64,000 nucleotides of DNA from the NCBI RefSeq assembly GCF_006345805.1, contig NW_021833241.1:1-64000 (forward strand), in the 5' to 3' direction. A program made the translations under genes and the position numbers. This stretch comes from Octopus sinensis (Eukaryota). The notes under the pieces were generated by a model. That model was not told the DNA's origin, searched no databases, and worked only from the letters and a program-made list of their open reading frames with translations. Below, piece by piece: positions 42,248 to 58,284 of this stretch (within the stretch, counting starts at the first letter, position 1; each line of letters opens with the position of its first letter).

Positions 42248-42685
42248 ACAGCTAAGACATTATTTCCAGTATCTTTCACTGTTAATGTGTTTCGATGTAA
42301 TTTATAGGGCATATCCTTTCTATTTCTAGCTTTTGGGGAGACCCTGTCGAGACACATTTGTGAGCGTGTAATAATAATCATCTAGTGAGCCTATTTGTAT
42401 GTAATGGTATGTATGGATCTTTTATGAGTTTCAGTCACTAAAGTACGGCCATGCTTGGGCATGGCTCTGAAGAACATTCAGTGTCATGAATCGACTCAGT
42501 ACTTAACTGTTATTTAAGCCTGGTACTTATTTTATCGGATCATTTTTGCTGAACCGCTAAGTTACGTGGACGTAAACAAATAACATCAACTTTGCAAGCT
42601 GCAGTGGGAGACAAAGACGCAAAATTGATTTAAAACGTCATTCGAATTATGCATCGCTTTTTAGGTTGACGCCGTATATCAAGTA

Positions 42686-43071
42686 CTAGCAGTACCACCC
42701 GTCGTTACTCGAGTTTGTTTCGACCCTTTAGAATTGAAATTTGTGAAAAGTAAACAAATTGCATTATGTAGCTTGTTATTCTTTTTAAGTGAACATTTTT
42801 CTGGTTGAAATACACCGAAAAATAGCGACACAGCAGTAAAAAAATCGTAAAAAATAGGGATTTTCATAGAAAAAAGCACCTTTTTAAATAATTGTTGGTG
42901 TTAACATGGTCCGATTTGAATATTTTCTTCTACGGAAGGAAAAGCAATCTTTCTTCTATTATATTCTCAATTTTGGTCAACTTGCACCGCAGGGTTTAGG
43001 AGGAGATAGTGTTAGTTGAAGGCTACCAAACCTGCCACACACAGACAACTTCAGCTTTATATACAGAGAGA
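42686..43071 (-). mobile_element. Non-autonomous Helitron, diverged subfamily
   Basis: The plus strand starts a|ctagcagtaccacccgtcgttactcgag and ends gacaacttcagctttatatacagagaga|t, matching the termini at 28001 and 48372. The interior differs. Confidence 0.65.
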
Positions 43072-43721
43072 TTAGCGTATACGATCTAACTTTATATCTA
43101 ATGACATTCACGTTTCGACGAGCAATTATGGATTCAATACGATCGATGAAGTTAGTTGAAGGTGATACCACTGTATGAATGCAATCCAACGACAGAAATC
43201 AAGGTAAAACCTAACTGTTGGTGTGAAGCTCCGTTTAAACAATTGCCGATACGAGTGATAAGTAATTATTCAATTTTTAAACATGGTAGATTTAATATGA
43301 CACATGTATTTACTGACGAAATTGAACAACGAATATCAAAGTGAGTGATTGCTAAAGATTAAATACCAAATCTACAAAACAAATAATAGAAAGTTTCAAC
43401 AAAAAAATGCACAATGTCTAGACTAGAATCGATTAAGAAATTTTGACTTTGTTAATTTCACGACAGCCAAAGTAGACGTGACTAATGCTGTGCGAAAAAG
43501 CGGTTTAAGACGTCAATGGAATTATGTTAAAATTTTATTAGTTACTGCAATCGGATTTCGCACAGAAAGACGGAGTCGTAAAACTAATTCTCAACAAAGA
43601 GAAATCGTAAAAACTGGAAAACATGCAATGAAGATCATCCCTCGAAAATTACTTCTTCGTATCACATGCCGTCCACTTAAAATTCCGAAAAACACACTTA
43701 AAATATGTGTATGTATGTGAA

Positions 43722-43877
43722 GGAGGTGAGTCGCGGTAAGTAGCTTGTTTACCAACCACATGGTTCTGGGTTCAGTCCCACTGCGTGGCACCTTGGGCAA
43801 GTGTCTTCTACTATAGCCTCCGGCCGACCAAAGCCTTGTAAGTGGATTTGGTAGACGGAAACTGAAAGAAGCCCGTC

Positions 43878-43938
<61 letters not shown>

Positions 43939-44152
43939 TGTGTGTGTTTGTGTATCTGTGTTTGTTCCCCTAGCATTGCTTGACAACCGATGCTGGTGTG
44001 TTTAAGTCTGCCGTTACTTAGCGGTTCGGCAGAAGAGACCGATAGAATAAGTACTGGGCTTACAAAAAGGATAGGTCCCGGGGTCGATTTCCTCGATTAA
44101 AGTCAGTGATCCAGCACGACCGCAGTCAAATGACTGAAACAAGTAAAAGAGT
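43722..44152 (+). mobile_element. SINE family B, full length
   Basis: Head, CORE-like block, internal (AT)n and gtaaaagagt tail. Confidence 0.88.
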
Positions 44153-44485
44153 ATCCCTGCTAGTGCCCGGAATCTTTTTGCTGTGCGTGTGGTGCATTAT
44201 GGTGGAATTATTCGTCGATTTCACAAAAGTCGACAGTTTTGTCAAGTCTGTGTCTTTAATTATAAGATATGCGCTCACAGAATGAATGCTAGAATGCTGC
44301 ATTGCTTTTCTTAGAGATAATGGGATTCATAATTGAATTTTTATGCTGGTTTTTTTTTTGTGGATGGCTATATTTATATGTTGGTTTGGTCAAGATTAAA
44401 TCTTTCTCTACATATTTCTCTGAGAGTGAATTTTATATTTCACACGATGAACTGTTTTTTGTTTCGGTGAGATTGAAAACTGTAT

Positions 44486-44818
44486 ACTCTTTTACTCTTT
44501 TACTTGTTTCAGTCATTTGACTGCGGCCATGCTGGAGCACCGCCTTTAGTCGAGCAAATCAACCCCGGGACTTATTCTTTGTAAGCCCAGTACTTGTTCT
44601 ATCGGTATTTTTTGCCGAATCGCTAAGTGACGGGGACGTAAGCACACCAGCATCGGTTTCCAAGCAATGCTAGGGGGACAAACACAGACACACAAACACA
44701 CACACGCATACATATATATACATATATACGACAGGCTTCTTTCAGCTTCCGTTTACCAAATCCATTCACAAGGCATTCGTCGTCCCGGGGCTATAGTAGA
44801 CACACAAACACACACACG

Positions 44819-44893
<75 letters not shown>

Positions 44894-45065
44894 CATATAT
44901 ACGACGGGCTTCTTTCAATTTCTGTCTACCAAATCCATTCACAAGGCATTGGTCGGCCCGGGGCTATAGCAGAAGACACTTACCCAGGATGCCATGCAGT
45001 GGGACTGAACCCGGAACCATGTGGTTGGTTAGCAAGCTACTTACCACACAGCCACTCCTGCGCCT
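44486..45065 (-). mobile_element. SINE family B with internal duplication
   Basis: The acgac(a/g)ggcttctttca..ggggctatag block occurs twice (~44707-44797 and ~44900-44970). Confidence 0.85.
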
Positions 45066-45599
45066 ATACTGTTGGAATATATGATTGCATCTTATATCTT
45101 TTACCTGTTTCATTCATTCGGATGTGGCCATACTGGGACAGCGACTAATCGATACCAGGACTTATATTTAAGCCTGATACTTATTCTATTGAGTTATTTT
45201 TGCCGAACCGTTAAGTTGCTCGCAGGTAAACACAACGCCACCAGTTGCCGAAAGGTGGTGGAGACAAACACAAACTCAACTGCACACACACATGTACATA
45301 CACATATATACGTCAATCAAATCCACTAACAAAGCATTGGTCAGTCCGAGGCTATAGGAGATGACATTTGTCCAAGGTAGCCTCGCAGTAGAACTGAACC
45401 AGGTACCATGAGGTTGTGAAGCAAGCGTCTTACTACACAGCTACTCCTACGCCTATGTTTATATATGATTTTTCCTTATAAGGTAAAATGTTGTTCATCT
45501 TGTATTATATGGAATAGGATATCTGCGGGCTGTTTTAGCATGGGATTTACTTTAGTAAAGAATCTGATGCAGGTTGGGATTATCTTTAACTTTAAGGAT

Positions 45600-45760
45600 T
45601 ATGTTTAGATTTAGGTTAGATTTATGGTTAGAGTTATGTTCGGATTTACGATTAGAGTGAGTTTTAGAGCAAGGGTTTAGAATTGGCGTTAGGTTTTAGG
45701 GTTAGAGTTCAGTCTTAGAGCGAGAGTTTCGTGTTAATTTTAGGGTTACGTTTAAGGTTA
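45600..45760. repeat. Degenerate TTAGGG-like hexamer tract
   Basis: ttaggttag, ttagagtt, ttagggttagag and ttagggttac recur. Confidence 0.55.
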
Positions 45761-46899
45761 GATTGCTCCCTAAAGAATAAATAACCAGGTTGATCACGCA
45801 CCAAAATGGCATTGACTAAGGTAAATAGAAATTTGGTTATCTTTTTAATAAACTTTCAATTCCGTTTACGTCATTTTCAATGTGTGTGTGTATTTATGCG
45901 CGCGTGTGTGTATATATATGTATGTGTGTATTTATGCGCGCGTGTGTGTATATATATGTATGTGTGTGTTTCTGCGCGTGTGTCTATGTGTGTGTTTGTA
46001 TGAGCGTGTTCTTGTGCGTGTGCCTATAGTTACGAAAATTGTTTTGAAAGTGTTTTAAATTCTGTTCATTTTTGAAAGAGTTAATTCTGATATCTGCTGT
46101 GTTTTGGGCTTACACCGATGTAAAAATCTCAATCTATCATTTACTTTAATTTCTTTTACTTATGTAGCATATCTAACCTCTTACAAAATCTATACTATAC
46201 TCTCCAATGTTATTTAACAATAATTGCCATTTAATGTGTACTTAACTTATGAGGTTTTCATAACATTATTTCATATTATATTATCAAGCATTCGTAAGAA
46301 ATTATTCGTTCCATTCTTTAACAATACTTTAATATCGTACGAATTCTTATTGGTGTTTTCATATCATAATTCCATTTTCTCAAAGCACTTCAAATGTTTT
46401 TAATAACAATTCAAGGCATACAAATATAAACACAACTAAATTTGTCGCATCTCTGTTAATATTGATCATATTTCAAGAGGCTCTTAAATTTCCTTTGTAA
46501 AATACGTTTTTCTGAGACAGCGTAAAAACAAACTATTGTCAAATATGACCATTCTAAAATTAATTCGAATACATACATACGTACACACATGTATGTATGT
46601 CTGCGTACACACACACATGCTCACACACATACAAACACACACACATACACACACAAATATTAATATCTGTTTTAAAAACCATTTTACATAAATCTCACGG
46701 TTTACTCTTATACGTTTGTAAAACAATGATTTATTATTCTTAAGTGCAAAATGGTCTTCACAATGGCTTCGAAGTTTCAGTCACTTAACCCAGTTGGGGG
46801 ATAGCTCTGTTGGCTTAAATTTCGAAGTCACTGACAGCAGCATTCTTCTTTCAGAAAAACAATGTATATATGTATACATATATATATATAATATATATA

Positions 46900-46933
<34 letters not shown>

Positions 46934-46934
<1 letters not shown>

Positions 46935-47000
46935 GGATATCTGACTCGCTAGAAAGAGCAGTTAAAAACTCCAAGCTCTTTCTAGCGAGTCAGATATCCT
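46934..47000. repeat. Perfect 26-bp inverted repeat with 15-nt loop
   Basis: aggatatctgactcgctagaaagagc pairs with gctctttctagcgagtcagatatcct. Confidence 0.95.
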
Positions 47001-47368
47001 GTTCTTCGGGTAACTCTTTTGTGTTTGAAAGTACACTGTATTCTTCTTTGAATAATATATAGTCTATTGACTATTTTTTTCTTTCTCGCTAGACCACTGG
47101 TAACTAAGAATTTTTCAAAGAGTATTCTTGTTACCGTAAGATTTTAATTAATGATAAAATGTTATATATATATATATATATATAAAAGTAAAAAAATGGT
47201 ACAAGGCACCGATATTTACTGGGAAATAGCAAACGTAATAAATACGAGGCTATAGTATAGCTTCACTGCGTATATACTAGCAAAGATGCGTGTGTGCAAC
47301 ATACGTGAAAACAGTTTGTCTTACCTCTAGCGAGAACATCTGAAAAGCGGAAAACCTAGAATCGGATA

Positions 47369-47439
47369 ATGCAAGACCGGTTTCAGACTCTTCAAGTACG
47401 TTTGACAACGTAGATTTGTTTTGTCTTCATCAGCTGCAT
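47369..47439 (-). ncRNA. Type I hammerhead ribozyme motif with extended stem II
   Basis: AUGCAG-CUGAUGA-AGAC[34 nt including the UACGUU guca AACGUA hairpin]GUCU-GAAAC-CG-GUC-UUGCAU. Stem I has 6 bp, stem II has 4 bp, stem III is the palindromic ACCGGU, and the triplet is GUC. Confidence 0.8.
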
Positions 47440-47504
47440 ATACCTAGACAATATTTCAAATGTTGCCACATCTATGCCAGTACGCTCGTCTGAACGCCAA
47501 AACG

Positions 47505-47558
<54 letters not shown>

Positions 47559-48371
47559 ATACGTGTGTGTTCTGTATGTGCTTGTGTGTATATGTGTGTA
47601 TCTGTGTATGAATGTATGTGTGTGTGTGTGTGCGCGCGTGCTTGTGAATCTATTTCTTCTTCGACAGTCTCCATGTACAATCGGTTGTCGAAGCGGTTAT
47701 GTAAATATTTGGAAATGCTCATTTTGCCAATAATCTCACGTACTCTTTGACTTTCACTTCAACGTTACTGCTATTAGCTATTGGTACTTCTATCGCATCT
47801 CTTTCGTCGCCCATTCTGTAACCCCTTCAAAGAACGTTTATTCTTCCCTGTGTTTATAGACAAAAATGATGATAATAATAGGGTGTAGAAAGGAGGGTTC
47901 TTTGTGGTTCTCGTCACTATTTATGATTATGCTTAAAAATACTTTTTTAACGTAATATATAGATGTAATCTTTGAAGCTGAATCCGAATTTGTCATTTAT
48001 TTATTCCCGAAAAATGTTGCGAAAATGTTGCCGGTGTTCAGAGTTTGATCATTTTCGGAATTTTCAGCCAATAAGAAAACAGCACGTTCATTGCCTCTTC
48101 CATTATCGCAATAACAGTCACAACATTAAAATATATACAAATGAAGTTATTTTTAAAACATTTGCGAGTAAATTAAATATTTCAAGCTAAGAACCAACAA
48201 ACCAACAGGAATTGCTAGAAATAACAATAAAAACATTGTTTAAAACAGACATGCATTAGTAAAAGATATTCAAGAACGAACGTTTGTAATACACTTTAGG
48301 ATTTTACAAAATAAACTCGCTGGCACCGTGCCGTCAAAAATAACGGCTAATTGTAGTCTTCTATATATAAA

Positions 48372-48669
48372 CTAGCAGTATCGCCCGGCGTTGCTCGGGT
48401 TTGTAAGGGAAATAACTATATAAGCATTTTTAGAAAGTTACTTCCCTTATATAATAGCAAAAAAATGCATTAAAATGGGAAAAAATGATGGTAATTTTTT
48501 TTTTAAATCGTAGACTCATCGTAGACGCGCGCTAATACCCAGAAGGGCTGGATATGAATCACGACTATAAGATACCTGCTTTTGATTAAACTGCACCGCA
48601 AAATGTGGGAGTAGTTAGGAATCTAAATCGTAGGATACAGACACAAAACTTCACTTTTATATATAAAGA
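48372..48669 (-). mobile_element. Non-autonomous Helitron
   Basis: A|TC...hairpin...CTAG|T on the minus strand. Homolog of 28001-28395. Confidence 0.8.
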
Positions 48670-49185
48670 TATCGAATGTAAATCAAATTAATACAATTGT
48701 GAATGTTACATAATGGTTGTCTTTACAGACACATACACACACACGCACACACACATACACACACAAACATTCACAAACTGTCCTTTTACATACAGACACA
48801 TGTATGCTACTTACCATACAGTCACTCCTACACTGTCGAACTATTTAGAAAAGTTTTAGTATAAGTGAATCTAAAAACAAAAGTAGTAGAAAAGTCAGGA
48901 ACTTACTCAAAATCTCTGACCATAGAACATACCCTTTTGGAAGAAACATCTGTCATGATTAAAAACTTTATAGTGTGTAAGATAAGCACCCAGTTAAACA
49001 GTTAAACTAGAAATGCAATCTTTAGAATGTGCAGAAACATTGCAGTGATATATATTTGAGAGTCAACCTGTTGTGTATGAGAGAGGGATAATTGCGATAA
49101 CTGAAGAAAGTGAACGGGACGTAGGTGCCACACTAAACAAAGCTAGAATATAAGGATACAATATATAATAGAGATGTAAACACCC

Positions 49186-49602
49186 CTATTTATTTATTGC
49201 CTACAAGGGGCTAAACATAGAATGGACAAACAAGGACAGAAAAAGGGGATTAAGTCGATTACATCGACCCCAGTGCGTAACTGGTACTTAATTTATTAAC
49301 CCCGAAAGGATGAATGGCAAAGTCGACCTCGGCAGAATTTGAACTCAGAACGTAGCGGCAGACGAAATACCTATTTCATTACTACCCACAAAGGGCTAAA
49401 CACAGAGGGGACAAACAAGGACAGACTAATGGATTAAGTCGATTACATCGACCCCAGTGCGTCAGTGGTACTTAAATTACCGACCATGAAAGGAAGAAAT
49501 GCAAAGTCGACCTTGATGGAATTTGAACTCAGAACGTAACGGCAGGCGAAATACGGCTACGCATTTCGCCCGGCGTGCTAGCGTTTCTGCCACCTCGGCG
49601 CC
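49186..49602 (-). mobile_element. SINE family A, head plus dimeric body
   Basis: Two body units join at gtaatgaaataggtatttcgtc (minus strand). Confidence 0.85.
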
Positions 49603-49812
49603 ACCCTTTCCACACAGAAAACCGAGTCGACAGTGTGACAAAATATGGAGGCCGCACACATGATAAAATGTCTGAGACAAGAGGACTGGGTTTGTCCTAC
49701 ACCATCGTTTCATGACCGGTATTGGTGTGGTTACGTCCCTGTAACATGGCAGTTTGGCAAATGAGATCGATAGAATAATCACCAGTTTTGTCATTCATTT
49801 ATTCACCAGGAA

Positions 49813-50040
49813 GGCGGTGAGCTGGCAGAAACGTTAGCACGCCGGGCGAAATGATTAGGTGTATTTCGTCTGCCGTTACGTTCTGAGTTCAAATTCCGCC
49901 GACGTCGACTTTGCCTTTTATCATTTCGGCGTCGATAAATTAAGTACCAGTTATACAAGGGGGGCGATGTAATTGACTTAATCCTTTTGTCTGTTCTTCT
50001 TTGTCCCCTTTATGTTTAGACCCTTGTGGGTAATAAAGAA
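49813..50040 (+). mobile_element. SINE family A monomer
   Basis: ggcggtgagctggcagaaacgttagcacgccgggcg...gagttcaaattccgcc...gtgggtaataaagaa. Confidence 0.88.
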
Positions 50041-51469
50041 GTAAAAATAACCAGTTTTTAAATATGAACTGGGAACAACTGAATATTCAAGGCACTGCCC
50101 CAGTATAGCCAAGTTCCAATTACTGAAACAAAGACTTGTATCTTTCTGACTTCCTCAATGTCTTGCGAGTGAAACTTTCACTCCACTGTTAGGTGGCGTT
50201 TCATATATTTTTTCGTAACTGTTTTAATCAGCTCTACATCACTTGGAATTTCATGGCAGCATCGGCAGAAATCGTATAAAGAGGAATGGATTTAGGACAA
50301 TTCCTGCATAAGCCTCTGTTGACTATCTCAGTTCTCATGGGTGCTTTTAGAAGGATAGATATTTCCCTTCAAACTAATTTCCTAACCCCAAACCTACATT
50401 TTGAATTTAAATATTTTTGTTCGACATACCACATATTGCTTTTAGTGACATCAGATAATGCAACCATATTTTTTGTACGGAAATTCATAAAATAAAACAT
50501 TCCGCAATTTTTATTTTTATTGTTCAAAATGCAAGCATAATGCTCGTGTTTATCACGTATTCCACTCCTACTTGATATTTTATCGGTAATTTTCCTAAAT
50601 TTTTATTAACTAAAACTGCAGATCTTATCTAATTCACAATTTAGCTAGTATATCGCTATCAACTTGCATGTTGATTGATCTTAAAATTATTTGGATTCGT
50701 TAATGGAAATTTTAAGAGTAACCGGAAGATTTAATCTTAGTTTGTGTTACTCGTTTTTCTGTATTTTCTCTTGTTTTCACCTATTTCCAGTACATGCAAA
50801 TGCATCGTAAGATGATCATGTTTGATATCAAACTGAAATATCCTTCCTTGCATATTCTAGTCCGTTAAATGTGTATTCGTTTGCAACATTTCTATTTTGT
50901 TTATCAATAACATATTAGTTACAATTTACGTATAATATACTAAAAATTGATCCCCATGTTATCCTGTTTTCGTTGAGTAATGGGAAATGTTGTTTGTTAT
51001 CATAAACCACTTATCCCCCGGAATTTCAGTAATTTAACCCTCAATCTGCAGAATTGTCAGGTCCACATACTTTTGTTAGATGCTGAAATTACTTGAATCG
51101 ATTTTAAATTACTTCCGAAATTGCCGGTAATAATACAGGGATAGCTTCTTAATTTATGGTATATTTCTGCAAAAAAGGTATTTCAAGAATTTTTTTTTCT
51201 CTTTAAATACCTCGACATTGTATATCATTGTGAAAAAAAAAATTGAAAATATATAGGAGAAGAAAATGGATAAAATAACAATGGGAAACTCGTGGTTTAC
51301 GCTGGTATGTCTTTAATTAAAATAGGTAACAAAGAAGGAAGAAGGTAATTAAATTAGGTAAGAAAGAAGGAAGAAGCAGATATGAGGGTAGCGGTTACGA
51401 TCGTTCCGATTTACTAGTTTAAGTAAAACTCTTCAGAATGCGAATATAATTGATACATATATGATGTGA

Positions 51470-51501
<32 letters not shown>

Positions 51502-51536
51502 ATGTATGTCTATATTTATATATATGTATATATATG

Positions 51537-51637
<101 letters not shown>

Positions 51638-51653
51638 ATATATATATATATAT

Positions 51654-53987
<2,334 letters not shown>

Positions 53988-53989
53988 GT

Positions 53990-54600
53990 AGACAGGGACA
54001 TTGACTCTTAAACCTTGAGAAAACGGGAGGGGGCATGACATTTCCCTTGTTGCAGACGACTCTCAGGATCACAATAGTTGCTGGAGAACTTACTATGCAT
54101 AGCCACCTGCCATTCCTTCGGTTTACTTTTTGGTCCTGATTGAAATTTTTTTTCATCTGGGAAAACCATCCTTGTGTTTTAACTTGTTTAGCTTTGAAAA
54201 GATCGAAAGATCCTTGCTTGTCACATAAATGAAACGACCCGCCCCCATCACATAGGACTTGTATTTAATGCCCTCATGCACAATTCTTCTGATGGTGCAT
54301 TCTCAAAACCTGAGGTTCTTCGCATGGCTTTGATTGATTTACAGTGGATTTTATCGCTTGTTTCTTGAGAATCTTGAACAAATCAATTTTGTCTGATAGT
54401 GGATCTCACTCGTTACATTAGTTTTACGTTCAGCTACTGATGCTGAACCTCCAACAGCAGATTTTTTGATAACAAAAGAGAGGGCAGCTTTCTTGAAGCG
54501 AGCTATCTCTGTATCACAATGTTTAGAAGAGCACTATCTCTGTATCACAACGATTCCGGTGTGGTTTTGCATTTGCTGACACAATCTGATGCCTGACGTT
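53990..54600 (-). mobile_element. Tc1/mariner-superfamily transposase relic (possibly maT/DD37D-like)
   Basis: Across frames it reads HCDTEIARFKKAALSFV, RIVHEGIKYKSYVM, KLNKLKH, FPDEK and KNFNQDQKVNRRNGRWLC..PATIVILRVVCNKGNVMPP. Confidence 0.75.
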
Positions 54601-54804
54601 ATTTACATGAAAAGTAGAGTTACAAAAACTTTCCAAGGCAGTAAGAGCTCCTGAAAGAGTTGTCGTCAAAATATTGATGCACATATACATACATATATAC
54701 ATATACATAATTACACACACGCGCGCACGTACGCGTACGCGAACACACACACACACGCACATACATACATACACACACAAATATATATATATATATATTC
54801 AAAA

Positions 54805-55000
54805 TGTGACCGTTGGCGATTTTTTTCTTCCGTCTTCCCTTCTTCGATTTTTCCTTTTCCTATGTTTCTGATGAAGAGCTCCGCTCGAAACGTAAAACCC
54901 TCCTTTTTCCCTTCCTTCCTGAGCGTCCAATAAAACTATATTTGTTCCACGTCCTCGCGTTGTTGTGTTTTCTCTTTGTCTTTTCATGTTTGGATTAACT
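54805..55000 (+). mobile_element. Penelope-like pLTR-type element carrying a hammerhead
   Basis: Homolog of 35905-36104, bounded by microsatellites, with the hammerhead at 54864-54898. Confidence 0.72.
54864..54898 (+). ncRNA. Minimal type I hammerhead ribozyme motif
   Basis: GUUU-CUGAUGA-A-GAGC ucc GCUC-GAAAC-GUA-AAAC. Stem III has no loop and is the palindromic ACGU, so it could form only in a dimer. There is an extra A after A9. Confidence 0.75.
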
Positions 55001-55179
55001 CTGTCTCTGTCTCTATATATATACACACACACACACACTAGAATTCTCAAATGAATGTGGTCAGATTAAGACAGCTTTAGGAAGAACTGTGTTTCGGTTC
55101 ATGTACGCAATAAAGATTCTTGTTAAACTGCCATTTGCATTTTTCTTAGCAATTAAATTTGTCGTATCGGGACAAAATA

Positions 55180-55400
55180 CAAATTTCTTTTTATAAATCG
55201 CTCACTGTTATTTGGGCGACATCCTTCTCATTAGTGAAATTCGATGACAAACTTTCAAGATTCACAGATATTTGCACTTCCCGATGCCATTAAGAACAAT
55301 GTGTCGTTTCTTGATGTGTATCTCTAGTCCTCTAATGAGCATCTTACAAACTTCTTCCACACAAAATCAAATTAACTTGGTTAAAAAATGCGATTTAGAA
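55180..55400 (+). mobile_element. Possible Penelope-like RT relic
   Basis: CYLGDILLI (a decayed RYxDD) is followed in another frame by NNVSFLDV.L...HLTNFFHTK. Confidence 0.45.
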
Positions 55401-55479
55401 TCGACATATCAGTTACCAAAACGTGACACAAACACGACCAGGTACCCTAAATATTAATTCTAAAATCCCTAATTATTGT

Positions 55480-55723
55480 GACGTATATTTGCCATTTAAA
55501 TATGGCTAACGCCTAAGGGTGGATGCTACTGTAGTTTGTAGCCCCAGGAGGACACCTCTTCCAGCTGGCTTTAGGACACGTTTTCTGTGACCTATCAGTA
55601 TTTGCACAGTAGGGCACAGAAAGTGTGTCTAAAGACAGCTGGAGGAGGTGTCCTCCAGGGGCTACAAACTACAATAGCAGCCACCCTTAGGGGCTAGCCA
55701 TATTTAAATGGCAAATATACGTC
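55480..55723. mobile_element. Foldback/MITE with long imperfect inverted arms
   Basis: gacgtatatttgccatttaaatatggcta...tagccccaggaggacacctc.tccagctg is mirrored at the right end; the arms are ~110 bp. Confidence 0.85.
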
Positions 55724-56666
55724 TCGACGTGTTGCAGCTACTGTTTATAACTCGCTCTAAGATTTATTATCACTAAATATTAATTGCAAGTAAAGTCATA
55801 TGTATACTTTTATTTTTAGGATTTTCATAAAAGTATCAGAAACAGAAGAGCCTCAGAATATGTTAAAAAACATTCTATTGTCTTTTACACAATATTGTTG
55901 TTACGGCTCTTTAACTCTACTTCAGATCTGATAAAGAAAATCTATGATCAATGGCAAGTTTTCTCGGCCATTGATGTCGTGTCCTACATATGCAAATCAT
56001 CTTTCCTTTTCAATTTGAATATGTAATTTGAAGGACATTTAACAAATAGTTCAGCTTTACGCACAATACTGAAGCTCTTTGCTTGGATCGTTTCAATCCA
56101 AAGTACATTTAATATATCTTGCGCTTATTCATTCTCTTGGCATAGGGTATTATTATTGTTTGAGTGTTAAAGAATACTTGAACCCAATGAAGTAAGCCGA
56201 AAAATGTGAGATAAACATCAGTCAAGGCTACAGATTTATACCATTGACATAAAAGTGAACGCTATAAATATATATTAGGTATATATATTTCTAATATATT
56301 TTCATTGATCCACAATAACATGATTGTACACCATGAGGTCCGTCTTCTTTCTTCGTATTCATGTGTGCGCGTTTGTATATACAAATGTATATAGATCGAG
56401 GTTGATAGCTAGGTACGTTAACAGATGGATATACACATACATTAATAGAGAGGCTGATAGGTAGATACATACATAGAGATATAGAGGCATAGGTGGAGAG
56501 ATGGATATGAGGAGATGGTCAGAGAAAGAGAAAGTTCGTAGGAAAGTAGATGGGGGTCGATATAATCGACTTAATGTCGTATGGGCGGTGCCCTAGCAAG
56601 TACATCACAGGAGAAATTAAAAAGAATAACATTTATGTATGAATACACACACACATACATATATAA

Positions 56667-56715
<49 letters not shown>

Positions 56716-57084
56716 CTATACCTATATATATGTAAATATATATACTTGTATATATACAAAATATATATATGTATATATATGAATTATATATATATATGAA
56801 TATAGACATATACGTATGCATATATATATACATAGGTATAGATATTTTATATATACACACATACACACTCGCACTCACAGACATGCATATGTACATATTG
56901 TTTAGATATGTGTGTACGCATGCTGAGTGTGAATGTATGTGTGTGAGTGTGTGTGTGTGTGTTTGTGTGTGTTTCTGTGTGTGCGTATGCTTGGGTACGT
57001 GTAGAGAACGAGCATGAGAAAGAGAGGGAAAAAATGGATACAAGTGTGTGACAATGGGAGAGGGGATGGAGAAAAATTGAGAGA

Positions 57085-57089
57085 GAGAG

Positions 57090-57148
<59 letters not shown>

Positions 57149-57157
57149 AAGATAGAT

Positions 57158-57235
<78 letters not shown>

Positions 57236-57236
57236 A
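57085..57236. repeat. (GA)n/(GATA)n compound microsatellite
   Basis: Visible directly. Confidence 0.95.
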
Positions 57237-57490
57237 GTCAAAATTAGCCGAAACCGAAGCAAGCAGTAAATCTTCCCCGAAATACACACAGCTCATTAAT
57301 TCTGTCTGATAAATGAAATAAAATCAATATGGCGATCAGATTTACCCTACAGGGGACACATGTAACCAACAGCGTACCCAGCAGGCTACCCGGCTGGAGC
57401 CTAATAAAATTATCTCTACATTATTAATCAGACTTTCCTATCCTACTTTCCTATCTATTATTTACTCATTCCTTTCGTATTTTACATGCA

Positions 57491-57977
57491 ATACATACAT
57501 ACATACATACATAGATTCGTACATACATACATAGATTCGTACATACATACATAGATTCGTACATACATACATACATTCATACATACATAGAAACATACAT
57601 ACATACATACATACATATATGCAAGCATCCATACATACATACATACATTCGTACATGCATACATATATGCAAGCATACATACATACATACATACATACAT
57701 ACATACATACATACACACATACATACATACATACATACATACATACATGCATGCATACATGCATACATACATACATACATACATACATTCGTACATGCAT
57801 ACATACATACATACAAACATACATACACACACATACATACATACATACATACATACATACATGCATGCATGCATGCATACATACCTACATACACACATAC
57901 ATACGCACATACATACATACATACACACACATATACATACATACACATACATTCATACATACATGCATGCATACATT

Positions 57978-58009
<32 letters not shown>

Positions 58010-58240
58010 CATTCGTACATACATACATACATGCATACATACATACATACATACATACATACATACAAGCATACATACATACATAAATACACACACACAT
58101 ACATACATACATACGAACATACATACATGCATGCATGCATACATACATACATTCATACTTACATACAAACATACATACATACATACATACAAACATACAT
58201 ACATTCATACATACATTCATACATACATACATACAAGCAT

Positions 58241-58260
<20 letters not shown>
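57491..58260. repeat. (CATA)n microsatellite field
   Basis: Visible directly. Confidence 0.97.
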
Positions 58261-58284
<24 letters not shown>

